A stretch of 64,000 nt of DNA from Agathobacter sp. (GTDB taxonomy: Bacteria > Bacillota > Clostridia > Lachnospirales > Lachnospiraceae): the NCBI GenBank assembly GCA_017481285.1, contig JAFUPI010000003.1:6189-70188 (forward strand), written 5' to 3'. Shown here one piece after another: positions 49,798 through 61,181 of the stretch. The translations under genes and the position numbers were made by a program. The notes under the pieces were generated by a model that had not been told where the DNA came from, did not search any database, and saw only the letters and a program-made list of their open reading frames with translations. Every line of letters begins with the position of its first letter. The first letter of the stretch is position 1.

Positions 49798-50973
49798 ATG
49801 AAAAATGAAATTACAAAAAATATAAAGTATATCGGTGTGGATGATACCACCTTGGATTTGTTCGAAAGTCAGTATGTCATTCCAGATGGAGTATCGTACA
49901 ATTCTTACGTCATCTTAGATGAGAAGGTTGCTGTTATTGACACGGCAGACGAGCGTATGCAAAAGGAATGGGAGGAAAATCTGCAAAAGGAATTGAGTGG
50001 ACGCGCAGTAGATTATCTAATTATTCAGCATTTAGAGCCAGACCATGCAGGTGGAATTTTACGAATGCTGGAGCTTTATCCAGAACTAACACTGGTGGGA
50101 AATCAGAAAACATTTCTCTTTTTATCACAGTTTTTACCACAGTCCGTGGGTGGCGTGGAGAATCTAAAGAAACTTGTGGTGAAGGAAAAGGATACTCTAT
50201 GTCTAGGCAAACATACCCTAAACTTCTTTATGGCTGCGATGGTACACTGGCCAGAGGTATTGGTGACCTATGAGAGTACCGAGCGTATTCTGTTTTCCGC
50301 AGATGCCTTCGGAAAGTTTGGAGCGTTGGAAGTGACGGAGGAGGATGACTGGGCGTGTGAAGCAAGACGTTATTATTTCAACATCGTAGGAAAATACGGC
50401 ATTGCTGTACAAGCACTTTTGGCAAAAGTCAAAGATTTAGAAATACAAACGATCTGCCCAGCACATGGACCAATATTAGAGGCACCATTAGATGAATATG
50501 TGAAGTTGTATGATACATGGAGCCGCTATGAGCCTGAAAGTAGCGGTGTGCTTATTGCTTATGGTTCTTTCCATGGAAATTCTAGAAAAGCTGCAGAATA
50601 TCTGGCACAGAAGCTTCAGGAAAAAGGAGTAGAAGAAGTGGTGCTTCGTGACATGGCACGAGAGGATATGGCAGAGGTTATCGAAGATGCCTTTCGTTAT
50701 GACCGCATGGTTTTGGTAGCAGCAAGCTATGATGCTGGAGTGTTTCCTCAAATCAAGGATCTTTTACATCGTTTGCAGAGTAAAGGCTACCAGAAACGAA
50801 AGGTAGCGATTGTCGAAAACGGAACTTGGTCGCCATCTGCTGGTCGAACTATACGAGAAATGTTAGAGAATATGAAGGATATTGAAATTGTAGAACCGAT
50901 GGTGACGATTTACTCGACCATGAAGGATAGCGATTTGGAAAAAATAAACGAATTAGCAGAGGCAATGCTGTAA
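49798..50973 (+). CDS. Flavodiiron protein (FprA family)
   Basis: HLEPDH, MVHWPE, SADAFG, CPAHG, flavodoxin C-terminus. Confidence 0.9.
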   Translation: MKNEITKNIKYIGVDDTTLDLFESQYVIPDGVSYNSYVILDEKVAVIDTADERMQKEWEENLQKELSGRAVDYLIIQHLEPDHAGGILRMLELYPELTLVGNQKTFLFLSQFLPQSVGGVENLKKLVVKEKDTLCLGKHTLNFFMAAMVHWPEVLVTYESTERILFSADAFGKFGALEVTEEDDWACEARRYYFNIVGKYGIAVQALLAKVKDLEIQTICPAHGPILEAPLDEYVKLYDTWSRYEPESSGVLIAYGSFHGNSRKAAEYLAQKLQEKGVEEVVLRDMAREDMAEVIEDAFRYDRMVLVAASYDAGVFPQIKDLLHRLQSKGYQKRKVAIVENGTWSPSAGRTIREMLENMKDIEIVEPMVTIYSTMKDSDLEKINELAEAML

Positions 50974-50994
50974 ATTTATATTGGAGGATGCGAT

Positions 50995-51852
50995 ATGAAT
51001 GGATATTTTTACGGCTGGTATTTTAAAAGTCAATCAGACACACAGACATTAGCGGTGATACCCGCAGTACATGGAGCAGGACGAAATCGTACCTGCTCTA
51101 TTCAGTTTGTGACAGAGGATGGAGCATGGACAGTTACTTTTCCAGGTGATTCATTTTATCAAAGTAAAAACGAAATTAGAATAGGAGAGAATCGATTTCG
51201 AAAGTGTGGACTATGGTTGGATGTGAATCGTTTGGGCTTAAAGGTAAAGGGGCATCTCTGTTTTGAGCATTTATCTCCGCTCCAATATGATATCATGGGC
51301 CCATTCGTTTTGGTGCCGTTCATGGAGTGTCGACACAGCGTATACAGTATGCGACATCATGTGAATGGAAAACTTCAAATAAATGGAAAGGATTATATAT
51401 TTCAAAATGCTCTTGGATATTGGGAAGGAGATAGGGGGCATTCATTTCCAAAGGAATACGCATGGACGCAATGTTTCATTACGGAGCCAAAGGGAGAAGT
51501 TCGGGGGAGTCTGATGCTTTCAGTTGCAGATATCCCCTTGGCAGATTTTCATTTTACGGGTATAATAGGTATTGTGTTTTGGCAGGGAAAAGAATATCGG
51601 TTCGCAACATACCTTGGGGCGAGGGTCGTGCAAAAAAGTAATCGGACACTTTTGATTCGGCAGGGAAATATGGAATTGGAGGCGCGACTTTTCGAAAGTA
51701 CGAAGCAGGCACTTAGAGCACCTATCCATGGTGCGATGAGTCGAACTATACATGAAAGTGCAACCTGCAAGGCTTTTTATCGATTCCGAATCCAAGGACG
51801 TACGGTATTTTCTTTTACCACAGACCAAGCATCCTTTGAATATGAGTACTAA
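50995..51852 (+). CDS. Tocopherol cyclase-like protein
   Basis: YFYGWYFK, IMGPF…MECRH, GYWEGDRGHSFP…WTQC. Confidence 0.75.
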   Translation: MNGYFYGWYFKSQSDTQTLAVIPAVHGAGRNRTCSIQFVTEDGAWTVTFPGDSFYQSKNEIRIGENRFRKCGLWLDVNRLGLKVKGHLCFEHLSPLQYDIMGPFVLVPFMECRHSVYSMRHHVNGKLQINGKDYIFQNALGYWEGDRGHSFPKEYAWTQCFITEPKGEVRGSLMLSVADIPLADFHFTGIIGIVFWQGKEYRFATYLGARVVQKSNRTLLIRQGNMELEARLFESTKQALRAPIHGAMSRTIHESATCKAFYRFRIQGRTVFSFTTDQASFEYEY

Positions 51853-51864
51853 TGGAGAAAAAAT

Positions 51865-52770
51865 ATGCTAGATGTATTAACCCGTGCCGGGTGTTTTATT
51901 GCAATTATTGTTGTAGGATATGTGCTTCGTAAGGTGAACTTCTTCAAAGAAGGAGACTTTGCGGTGTTATCGAAAATTACGTTGAAGATAACCTTGCCGG
52001 CTGCATTCATTTCCAATTTTTCAGGGAAACAGCTGGATCCGTCCATGCTTTCTTTTACATTGATGGCATTTGCTGCTGGCGTATTATATATGCTTTTGGG
52101 ATACCTTATCAATATTGGAAAGAGCAAGGAAGAAAAGGCTTTCGGTGTACTGAATCTTCCAGGTTATAATATCGGGAATTTTACGATTCCATTCGTGCAG
52201 AGTTTCCTTGGGCCAGTAGGTGTTATTACGACCAGTTTGTTTGATGCAGGCAATGCTTTTATCTGTTTGGGTGGTGCATTTGGAGTGGCATCCAGTATTA
52301 AGGGAACTGGAAAGTTTTCGATAAAGAGAGTATTTAAGGCCTTGTCTAAGTCGGTTGCCTTTTTAACCTGCATTACAATGATGATTCTGGGAATGCTGGG
52401 GATTACACTCCCTTCTCCAGTTATCCAGCTGGCAGAAATCGTGGGTGGAGCCAATGCATTTATAGCGATGTTGATGTTAGGTGTAGGCTTTAAGCTTTCG
52501 GGGGATAAGAGTCAGATTGGAACTATCGCAAAGATTTTGGCAGTTCGATATGGGGTAGGATTGGTGCTGGCAATTGTATTCTACAATCTGCCGATTGAAT
52601 TGGAGGCTCGAACAGCACTTATGGTATTGGCGTTCAGTCCAATTGGTTCAGCAGTTCCTGCATTTACCGAAGAGATGGGTGGAGATGCAGGATTGTCTGC
52701 GGCATTGAATTCAATTTCGATTATTTGTAGTATTGTATTTATGGTAACCATTTTGGTCATCATGTTGTAA
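51865..52770 (+). CDS. AEC family transporter
   Basis: KITLPAA, GYNIGNFTIPF, many TM segments. Confidence 0.8.
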   Translation: MLDVLTRAGCFIAIIVVGYVLRKVNFFKEGDFAVLSKITLKITLPAAFISNFSGKQLDPSMLSFTLMAFAAGVLYMLLGYLINIGKSKEEKAFGVLNLPGYNIGNFTIPFVQSFLGPVGVITTSLFDAGNAFICLGGAFGVASSIKGTGKFSIKRVFKALSKSVAFLTCITMMILGMLGITLPSPVIQLAEIVGGANAFIAMLMLGVGFKLSGDKSQIGTIAKILAVRYGVGLVLAIVFYNLPIELEARTALMVLAFSPIGSAVPAFTEEMGGDAGLSAALNSISIICSIVFMVTILVIML

Positions 52771-52811
52771 GAAAAGATACATGTAGATAAAAGTTTTGGA
52801 GGTATATGTAG

Positions 52812-53453
52812 ATGAAGAAAAGAAGTAAATTAGTGATTGTTCTTGCACTGGTTTTAGTGGTAGGTGCAATAGTTACAGGTTGTAGCTGGGCCGGTTTTGG
52901 TAGTTCTCTCAATGATTTGACAGGAAACATCAAAGGTAATACCTATGAATGTCAGTTTTATTCAAACTCTGGCGAATTATTTATGACCGCAGAAGGTAAA
53001 AACATTAAGATGTCTCCAAATATCGTGGATGAATATACTTATTCTGGAGATTCATGGGAAATAACAGAAACCATGTCATCTGTAATTACGATTACGATTG
53101 ATGGAAAGCAGATTGAAAGCTGTGGAAGCACGGTTTTATTTGTGGAAAAAGGATTAAAACCAGATGTGGAATTTGATACCTCAGATATTCACATTTCCAG
53201 CGATGCAGATGGTTTGGGAGATTTGACCATTGTTGCGGAAACCGTAAACAAGTATAAAAATTACTTCGGTAAAGGTACGGTAGTTGTAATCCAGAGCCAG
53301 TTAGGAGATCCAATTTGTGCATATTCTGGGGATGATGTGTACTGGGAAGTGAGCGAAGATTTACCTAAGACTACAAAGCTTATGGTAGATGGCAAGGCAC
53401 TTTATATTCATAGAGCGAATTTCCAGATTATCGATAAAGAACTGTTGGAATAA
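52812..53453 (+). CDS. Lipoprotein (DUF5052-like)
   Basis: Lipobox VTGC; IQSQLGDPI, LPKTTKLMVDGKALYIHRAN. Confidence 0.7.
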   Translation: MKKRSKLVIVLALVLVVGAIVTGCSWAGFGSSLNDLTGNIKGNTYECQFYSNSGELFMTAEGKNIKMSPNIVDEYTYSGDSWEITETMSSVITITIDGKQIESCGSTVLFVEKGLKPDVEFDTSDIHISSDADGLGDLTIVAETVNKYKNYFGKGTVVVIQSQLGDPICAYSGDDVYWEVSEDLPKTTKLMVDGKALYIHRANFQIIDKELLE

Positions 53454-53547
53454 GTAAATAGATTAAGGAGTTCCCTCGCTTTCGGGCGAGGGATTTTTTA
53501 TGCATAAAATTCCTAATTTTGGTAATGCTAATAATAAATAAAATTAG

Positions 53548-54918
<1,371 letters not shown>

Positions 54919-54944
54919 AAAGAAAAAGAAAGGATGCAAGCAGT

Positions 54945-55133
54945 ATGAAATATTATGTAAATGAAAATTGCATCGGTTGTGGATTGTGCGTTAGTACTTG
55001 TCCGGATTACTTTACTATGGCAGATACGGGTGTAGCAGTAGCAATGGACGCACCTGTCCCAGTGGAGCATGAGGGAGAGGCGGCAAATGCAGCGTATGGT
55101 TGCCCAGTGGATGCGATCGAGCAGGTGGGCTAG
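54945..55133 (+). CDS. Single-cluster ferredoxin
   Basis: CIGCGLC…CP and CPVDAI. Confidence 0.9.
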   Translation: MKYYVNENCIGCGLCVSTCPDYFTMADTGVAVAMDAPVPVEHEGEAANAAYGCPVDAIEQVG

Positions 55134-55196
55134 TTGAGTGAAAGAGGTGTGATGTAAATCATACCTCTTTTCTTATATTTACTATAGCAGGGAATG

Positions 55197-55250
55197 TTGA
55201 CAAGTGGACAATATATGCTATACTAACAATATGGTTAGTTGCAACTAACC
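55197..55250 (+). promoter_or_regulatory. Sigma-A promoter with 18-bp palindromic operator
   Basis: TTGACA-N16-TATACT with extended TG, then perfect palindrome GGTTAGTTGCAACTAACC (55233-55250). Confidence 0.65.
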
Positions 55251-55316
55251 GCTAAACGAACGACTTTCACTTTAAAATATGAATCATAAAATAAAAGAAA
55301 GGATGGTATCGCATAT

Positions 55317-56156
55317 ATGGGAAATATTATGTTTGCATTTGGCTTGACCTTAATTGCTGGACTTAGTACAGGGATTGGCAGTTTAATTGCTTTTTTTGCC
55401 AAAAAGACCAATAAAAAGTTTTTATCCATAAGCTTAGGATTTTCTGCAGGGGTAATGATTTATGTTTCGATGATAGAGATTTTTAGCAAGGCACAGGATG
55501 CTTTGGTAACAGAGCTGGGAGAAAAGCAGGGCGCAGTATGGACTGTCATCGCTTTCTTCGGGGGAATGTTTCTGATTGCGTTGATTGACCGATTGATTCC
55601 TTCCGCCGAAAATCCACATGAGCCTAAAAATGTCTTGGCGGATTGTGAAGGCTGTGGAGATTGTGAGGTTTGTGTCAAGGAGAAGAAAGCAAGGCAACAA
55701 AAAGAACAGTTGATGAGACTCGGTTTGTTTACGGCATTGGCAATTGGAATACATAACTTTCCAGAAGGTATGGCGACTTTTGTGTCTGCCTTTCAAGATC
55801 CAAGTGTAGCGATTCCAATTGTAGCTGCAATTGCAATTCACAATATTCCAGAAGGGATCGCGGTTTCTGTGCCTATTTATCAGGCAACAGGATCTAGAAA
55901 AAGAGCTTTTTTGTATTCTTTTCTGTCAGGGTTGGCAGAACCGATTGGAGCTTTGATGGGATGGTTGATTTTGATTCCAATTATGAGTGACATGGTTTAT
56001 GGAATTATTTTCGCTGGTGTGGCAGGAATTATGGTATTTATCTCTGTGGACGAATTGCTTCCAGCGGCAAGAGAGTATGGGGAGCATCATCTGTCTATTT
56101 ACGGGCTTATTGTAGGAATGATGGTGATGGCGGCGAGCTTGTTGTTATTTATGTAA
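55317..56156 (+). CDS. zupT: ZIP family metal transporter ZupT
   Basis: HNFPEG, HNIPEG, GLAEP, DELLP. Confidence 0.9.
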   Translation: MGNIMFAFGLTLIAGLSTGIGSLIAFFAKKTNKKFLSISLGFSAGVMIYVSMIEIFSKAQDALVTELGEKQGAVWTVIAFFGGMFLIALIDRLIPSAENPHEPKNVLADCEGCGDCEVCVKEKKARQQKEQLMRLGLFTALAIGIHNFPEGMATFVSAFQDPSVAIPIVAAIAIHNIPEGIAVSVPIYQATGSRKRAFLYSFLSGLAEPIGALMGWLILIPIMSDMVYGIIFAGVAGIMVFISVDELLPAAREYGEHHLSIYGLIVGMMVMAASLLLFM

Positions 56157-56275
56157 TTATTAAATTTTTATGATATGCTTGACATTTTAAAAAAGTGGGA
56201 ATACTATATATCTGCAAGATGTAGTTTTAAAAACTATGTGTAAAAGTTTTTTGAAACTAAACGGAGGTATATGGA

Positions 56276-56926
56276 ATGAAAATTACAATTCGTGAGCCGG
56301 GAAGTGCTCTTACTCATTATATTGCGATGATGTTGGCGATGCTGGGTGCGGTGCCGCTTTTAATCAAGGCGACAGCATCACAGGATATACGTCATGTGGT
56401 GGCGATGTTGATTTTTATATGCAGCATGGTACTTTTGTATGGAGCCAGCACCTTATATCATTCGGTAAACCTGACAGGCAAAGCATTGAAAGCGTTTAAG
56501 AAAATCGATCACATGATGATTTTTGTTTTGATTGCCGGCTCCTATACTCCAGTGTGTATGTTAGTACTAGATAAAGAGCAGGGCTATCCACTACTTGCTT
56601 TAGTTTGGGGAACTGCTATTGTAGGTATGCTCATGAAATTCTTTTGGGTGACCTGCCCGAAATGGGTGTCATCCGTGATTTATATTGCGATGGGATGGGA
56701 ATGTGTATTGGTGTTCCAGCCACTTTTGGAAACACTCCCAACAGGAGCATTTTTGTGGTTACTCATTGGAGGGGTGATTTATACTGCAGGAGGCGTGATA
56801 TACGCATTGAAAGTTCCATTCCTGGATAAGATGCATAAATATTTTGGTTTGCATGAGATTTTCCATCTCTTTATTATGGGAGGAAGTTTCTGCCATTTCA
56901 TGTTTATGTTTATATATGTTGCATGA
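56276..56926 (+). CDS. Hemolysin III / PAQR family membrane protein
   Basis: STLYH, DHMMIFVLIAGSYTP, HEIFH. Confidence 0.9.
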   Translation: MKITIREPGSALTHYIAMMLAMLGAVPLLIKATASQDIRHVVAMLIFICSMVLLYGASTLYHSVNLTGKALKAFKKIDHMMIFVLIAGSYTPVCMLVLDKEQGYPLLALVWGTAIVGMLMKFFWVTCPKWVSSVIYIAMGWECVLVFQPLLETLPTGAFLWLLIGGVIYTAGGVIYALKVPFLDKMHKYFGLHEIFHLFIMGGSFCHFMFMFIYVA

Positions 56927-56962
56927 CAAGATGAAATAGTAAAATAAATAGAAAAGATAAGG

Positions 56963-57114
56963 AAAGCAGAGCATGTCTCTATATGAAATTGGACCATTAG
57001 CGGCCCGTCGTTACTTAGTGAATGGCGATGAAATCGTCATGAGGTTAGTAACGCAACGAGGACGCTATGAGCGAAAGTCGTGTCCAGATTTTATATAGAG
57101 ACATGCTCTGCTTT
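56963..57114. ncRNA. Candidate structured RNA/DNA element, copy A
   Basis: 22-bp perfect stem enclosing a core shared with 63152..63307. Confidence 0.5.
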
Positions 57115-57137
57115 TCATAGCATTTATATATTTCATC

Positions 57138-57200
57138 TTGACATAAAACTGTATTAGTGCAATAATACAGTTAGAAGAAGTGTATTACTCGAGTGATACA
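57138..57200 (+). promoter_or_regulatory. Promoter with two YtrA/GntR-type operators
   Basis: TTGACA; AACTGTATTA-gtgcaa-TAATACAGTT (57147-57172) and TGTATTAC-tcga-GTGATACA (57181-57200). Confidence 0.7.
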
Positions 57201-57221
57201 GTTGGAAAGGAGTGAACTGGT

Positions 57222-57602
57222 ATGATTTCATTTGATAATTTTAATATGACAGATGGAAGTCCTATATATTTACAAATCCTTTTATATATTAAGCGAGGGA
57301 TTATCGCTGGCATCATATGTGATGGAGATGAACTTCCATCCAGGCGAGTTCTCTCCGCATTACTAGGGGTGAATCCAAACACTGTGCAGAAAGCCTACAA
57401 GATGTTAGAGGATGAAGGTTTAATTCAGTCGCGAACCGGAGCAAAAAGCTATGTTGTAGTGACTGAGGCAAAATTGACAGAAATTCGTGCAGAGCTTTTG
57501 GAAGCAGATGCAATGGAAGCTGTAGCAAAATTGAAACAGATGGGGGTATCACAGGAAGAAGCCCACGGACTTATCGATAAATATTGGAACGGAGGGGAGT
57601 AA
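57222..57602 (+). CDS. GntR family (YtrA-like) regulator
   Basis: PIYLQI, LPSRR, VNPNTVQKAY. Confidence 0.9.
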   Translation: MISFDNFNMTDGSPIYLQILLYIKRGIIAGIICDGDELPSRRVLSALLGVNPNTVQKAYKMLEDEGLIQSRTGAKSYVVVTEAKLTEIRAELLEADAMEAVAKLKQMGVSQEEAHGLIDKYWNGGE

Positions 57603-57603
57603 G

Positions 57604-58329
57604 ATGAAAAGATATATTTCCGTTTTTGAGATGATAACGAGAAGCAGTATATATAAGGTGCTTTTAATATTGGTGGGAATGGTATCAGCAGAAGCGATAT
57701 CCTTTTATTCCACCTTCCAAAAGTATAGTGAGACTACCCGTAATGTAGAAGAGTATATACAACGAAGCGATTATGATTTGATTTTCAAAATTGCATATGT
57801 GTTGATTACGATAGTAATTGTACTACCAGGGATGAACCTTGGAAGTACCCAAAGTTATACCTTGCAGCGTTTACGCATCAAAGAAAAGAGAATTTTCTGG
57901 CTGCAGGCACTTTATAATACAATGGCGTATGTGCTTTTGTGGGGAGCTCAGTTAGTAACGATTTTGGTAAGTGTGCTGGTGTATCGTAACAATTTACCGA
58001 AAGGTGCGACGTGGAATAACCAAAGTGTATTCTTGTTATTTTATGAAAATGATTTCATGCACAGCATTCTTCCGTTGGAAGATAGTCCAGGCTGGTGGGT
58101 GTTAGGATTTTTGATTGTAGGAACGGCTTTGGTAGCAGCAGAATTTACAAAGCAGCAACGCCGTGGAAAATTTGCATTTGAGATATTGCTGTTGGTGGTG
58201 GCTATGCTCATATCCTTCCCTAGAGATGTAGGGTATGAATTTACATTCCTGGCAATTTCTCTTTGCATCGTATATATCATTATGGGTATGCGTTGGATAT
58301 TAAACAAGGTTGATGATGGAGGTGAATAA
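57604..58329 (+). CDS. Membrane protein, probable ABC permease
   Basis: Several TM segments; in GntR-ABC operon. Confidence 0.65.
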   Translation: MKRYISVFEMITRSSIYKVLLILVGMVSAEAISFYSTFQKYSETTRNVEEYIQRSDYDLIFKIAYVLITIVIVLPGMNLGSTQSYTLQRLRIKEKRIFWLQALYNTMAYVLLWGAQLVTILVSVLVYRNNLPKGATWNNQSVFLLFYENDFMHSILPLEDSPGWWVLGFLIVGTALVAAEFTKQQRRGKFAFEILLLVVAMLISFPRDVGYEFTFLAISLCIVYIIMGMRWILNKVDDGGE

Positions 58330-58332
58330 ATC

Positions 58333-58809
58333 ATGAGAGAAAAGACGAAATGGTTAGAAAAATATGCACCTCCAGGAATAGATGTGAGTACAGAAATTGC
58401 CTGGCTGATTGGTGGAAATGTGTTGGCCACTCTACATAGTATGATGTTTTTGGTACATTATGTGACAGCGAGAGGTGAATTGTATGAGCGAAGAGTTTCA
58501 GGTATGGTGCTTATTGAAGGCACGGTGATTCGTGGCTTTGGAGAATTGACCGCAGGTGTGTTTTTATCGATGCAAGTGGTATGCATCATAGCTCTGCTGG
58601 TAAGCGTTTATCATTATTTTTACCATTATCAGGGGAGCAAAATGATGTATCTGATGAAACGTTTGCCAGATAAATGGGAAGTACATAAGCGATGTTTAGC
58701 ATTACCAATTGCAGGTTCCTGCATCACATTTGTTTGGATGATGTTGTTGAAAATGATTTATTACGCAATTTACATATTGTGCACGCCAAGTCAGTGCTTG
58801 CCATTGTAA
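58333..58809 (+). CDS. Membrane protein, probable ABC accessory subunit
   Basis: 3 TM segments; in operon. Confidence 0.6.
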   Translation: MREKTKWLEKYAPPGIDVSTEIAWLIGGNVLATLHSMMFLVHYVTARGELYERRVSGMVLIEGTVIRGFGELTAGVFLSMQVVCIIALLVSVYHYFYHYQGSKMMYLMKRLPDKWEVHKRCLALPIAGSCITFVWMMLLKMIYYAIYILCTPSQCLPL

Positions 58810-58823
58810 AGGAGGGGACAGTC

Positions 58824-59558
58824 ATGTTAGAAATCAAAAATGTAAGTAAATTATATGGAAGACTCGAAGCATTGAAAAGCGTAAGTCTCTCGATTCCACA
58901 GGGCGAGATTATCGGACTTTTCGGGGAAAATGGTGCTGGCAAAACGACTTTGATGAAATGTATTTTAGGATTTCTGCCATACCATGGCGAGATTACATTA
59001 AATGGAGAAGAAATTACAGAAAAGAATATCGCCGCACTCTCATTTGCGACCTGTGAACATTCTTTTATACCGAATTTGACACCAAAGCTTCACGCAGAGT
59101 TTTACAAGGAGCATTTCCCAAAATTCCGCGAGAAACGCTTCAAGATTTTGATGGAGTTCTTTGAACTGCCGATGAATAAACCCGTTCGAAGCTTTTCGAC
59201 AGGGCAGAAGAATCAGTTCGAAGTAATCATGGCGATGTGCCAAGGGGCAGATTATATTCTGATGGATGAGCCGTTTGCTGGAAATGATATCTTTAACCGT
59301 GAGGATTTCTACAAGGTATTATTAGGTATCTTAGAGCCAAATGAAACCGTACTTCTTTCGACACATTTGATTGAAGAAGTTTCCGAGTTCGTGGGTCGTG
59401 CCATTCTCATTCGAAAAGGCGAAATCGTGGCGAATACTTCCATGATAGAAATTGAAGAACAAGGTGAAAACCTGATGTCTTATATCAAGAAATCCTATAA
59501 TTACAAGGCAGACCGTGTGGGTCGTGCCATTAGTGAATTGGAGTGGGAGGAGGAATAA
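58824..59558 (+). CDS. ABC transporter ATP-binding protein
   Basis: GENGAGKT, FSTGQ, LMDEP; GGAGG RBS before ATG 58824. Confidence 0.9.
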   Translation: MLEIKNVSKLYGRLEALKSVSLSIPQGEIIGLFGENGAGKTTLMKCILGFLPYHGEITLNGEEITEKNIAALSFATCEHSFIPNLTPKLHAEFYKEHFPKFREKRFKILMEFFELPMNKPVRSFSTGQKNQFEVIMAMCQGADYILMDEPFAGNDIFNREDFYKVLLGILEPNETVLLSTHLIEEVSEFVGRAILIRKGEIVANTSMIEIEEQGENLMSYIKKSYNYKADRVGRAISELEWEEE

Positions 59559-59560
59559 TT

Positions 59561-61093
59561 ATGAAAAAATCCTTCGTACTATTATTAACTTTGGTAATCC
59601 TTTTTTCTGGAACAGCCTGTTATGCACAGAAAGAGATTTTGAAAGAAAAAGATCAGGTGCATTTTACCGAGAAGGTTCTTTATGGTGACAAAGCCGTAGT
59701 AGAGGGTGTTACGGTGGAAATGAAGGCAGAATATAGTTCCAATCTCTATTGGGATTCGACGTATGTAATTGGAGCAGAACCAAAAGAAGAAACGGAGTAT
59801 CGCTTTTATCCTTGGGATTACTCCACGAATGCATACAGCTATTCAGGTTCCATGGATTTTGTCGTAGACTGCACAGATACTGTAGGATTGGGATATGATT
59901 ATCAAGGTGACGAAAACTATTATGGACTACATGCTGCTATGAAAGAACTCTATGATCAAACAGAGCCGGGAACAGAAAATAGTATCACGGTGTATATGAA
60001 AGATTATGTGGATTATTATACATTTGGCTTAAGTTTGCATCTGCCAGAGAATTCCGAGAATAAAACAGCGGATTATTACCGTTATACGTATTTGTGGAAA
60101 TATGAGGTGTTAGAGGAAATTGCTCAGTTAGAGAAGCAGGGGAGCAATAAAGAAGAAGTGGAACAAATGAAAGCCTATTTGGCAGATTTAGAAACATTTC
60201 AAGAGTTCTTCAAAATTCCAGTACTTGATAAAGAAGTGTATACACTTGCAATGTCAAAGGATTCAGAAGGAAATATCATAGGAATTGCGGACAGCCATAT
60301 GCATGGTGGTTCAGGAACTGGTGAAATCGAAATCCCTGAAGCACCAAATGTAGCAGGAGCAGATAGCTTTGGTTTTCGAGTGTTTTCTGCATTTGACGAT
60401 GGTGACTGCTACTTTACCTTCGACCCTCATACTTACAATGAACAGCTTGTAGATGTGAGTCAGATTCCAGGTGGTTATGGAATTTACCATTTTACCTATA
60501 ATGAGAAGGATGGAAGCATTGATTTAGATGATCTGAAAATGGTATATCCATTGGATGTCAACTCCAAATGGGAGAGTATGCAATTGGATGCAAGCGGAAA
60601 AAATCTGCTGTTACTTACCTTGGATGAGGAAAAATATTATTTGTCAGTCATTGACCGTGAAACTATGACGTTGGTAGACAAATTCAATCTGGGGAATAGC
60701 GAGAGCTATCTTTCACACTGGTCGTATGAGGATTATCTGGTGATTTGTGGAGAGAATCTCATGGTATTTCCGATGGATGAAAATGGCCGTTATTTCCAGG
60801 CTTTCTCAGTGAATACAGAGAGCATAAATGAAAAAATAACCCCAAACACTGAAAATGATGGAATCTTCCGCACATATAGTAAATATGACTGGAATGGAGA
60901 GACATTGCTTGTTGCAAGTAATATTCAGTATTATGATGAGGATTATGGAAGAGCACTATTTACTTGTGACTTTTATCTGGCTGCGATAGATGAAACAGGA
61001 CTATTATATTACGGAGAATATAATAGTACATTGGATGAACCATGTCGTCCAAATGATGAATATGAATCGCCGGTAAATGTTCGGTGGAAGTAA
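59561..61093 (+). CDS. Secreted/membrane-anchored acidic hypothetical protein
   Basis: N-terminal hydrophobic segment; last gene of operon. Confidence 0.7.
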   Translation: MKKSFVLLLTLVILFSGTACYAQKEILKEKDQVHFTEKVLYGDKAVVEGVTVEMKAEYSSNLYWDSTYVIGAEPKEETEYRFYPWDYSTNAYSYSGSMDFVVDCTDTVGLGYDYQGDENYYGLHAAMKELYDQTEPGTENSITVYMKDYVDYYTFGLSLHLPENSENKTADYYRYTYLWKYEVLEEIAQLEKQGSNKEEVEQMKAYLADLETFQEFFKIPVLDKEVYTLAMSKDSEGNIIGIADSHMHGGSGTGEIEIPEAPNVAGADSFGFRVFSAFDDGDCYFTFDPHTYNEQLVDVSQIPGGYGIYHFTYNEKDGSIDLDDLKMVYPLDVNSKWESMQLDASGKNLLLLTLDEEKYYLSVIDRETMTLVDKFNLGNSESYLSHWSYEDYLVICGENLMVFPMDENGRYFQAFSVNTESINEKITPNTENDGIFRTYSKYDWNGETLLVASNIQYYDEDYGRALFTCDFYLAAIDETGLLYYGEYNSTLDEPCRPNDEYESPVNVRWK

Positions 61094-61181
61094 AAAAAAT
61101 AAAGAAATACCTGACCCGCCTAGGCAACTAGGCGGGATTGTGCTATAATAATATATTATCGACAATTACGAGGGGGATAAA

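Noticed and set aside
57064-57079. Hammerhead-like CTATGAG…CGAAA…GTC
   Set aside because: Does not match CUGAnGA, lacks stem II and is not conserved in copy B.
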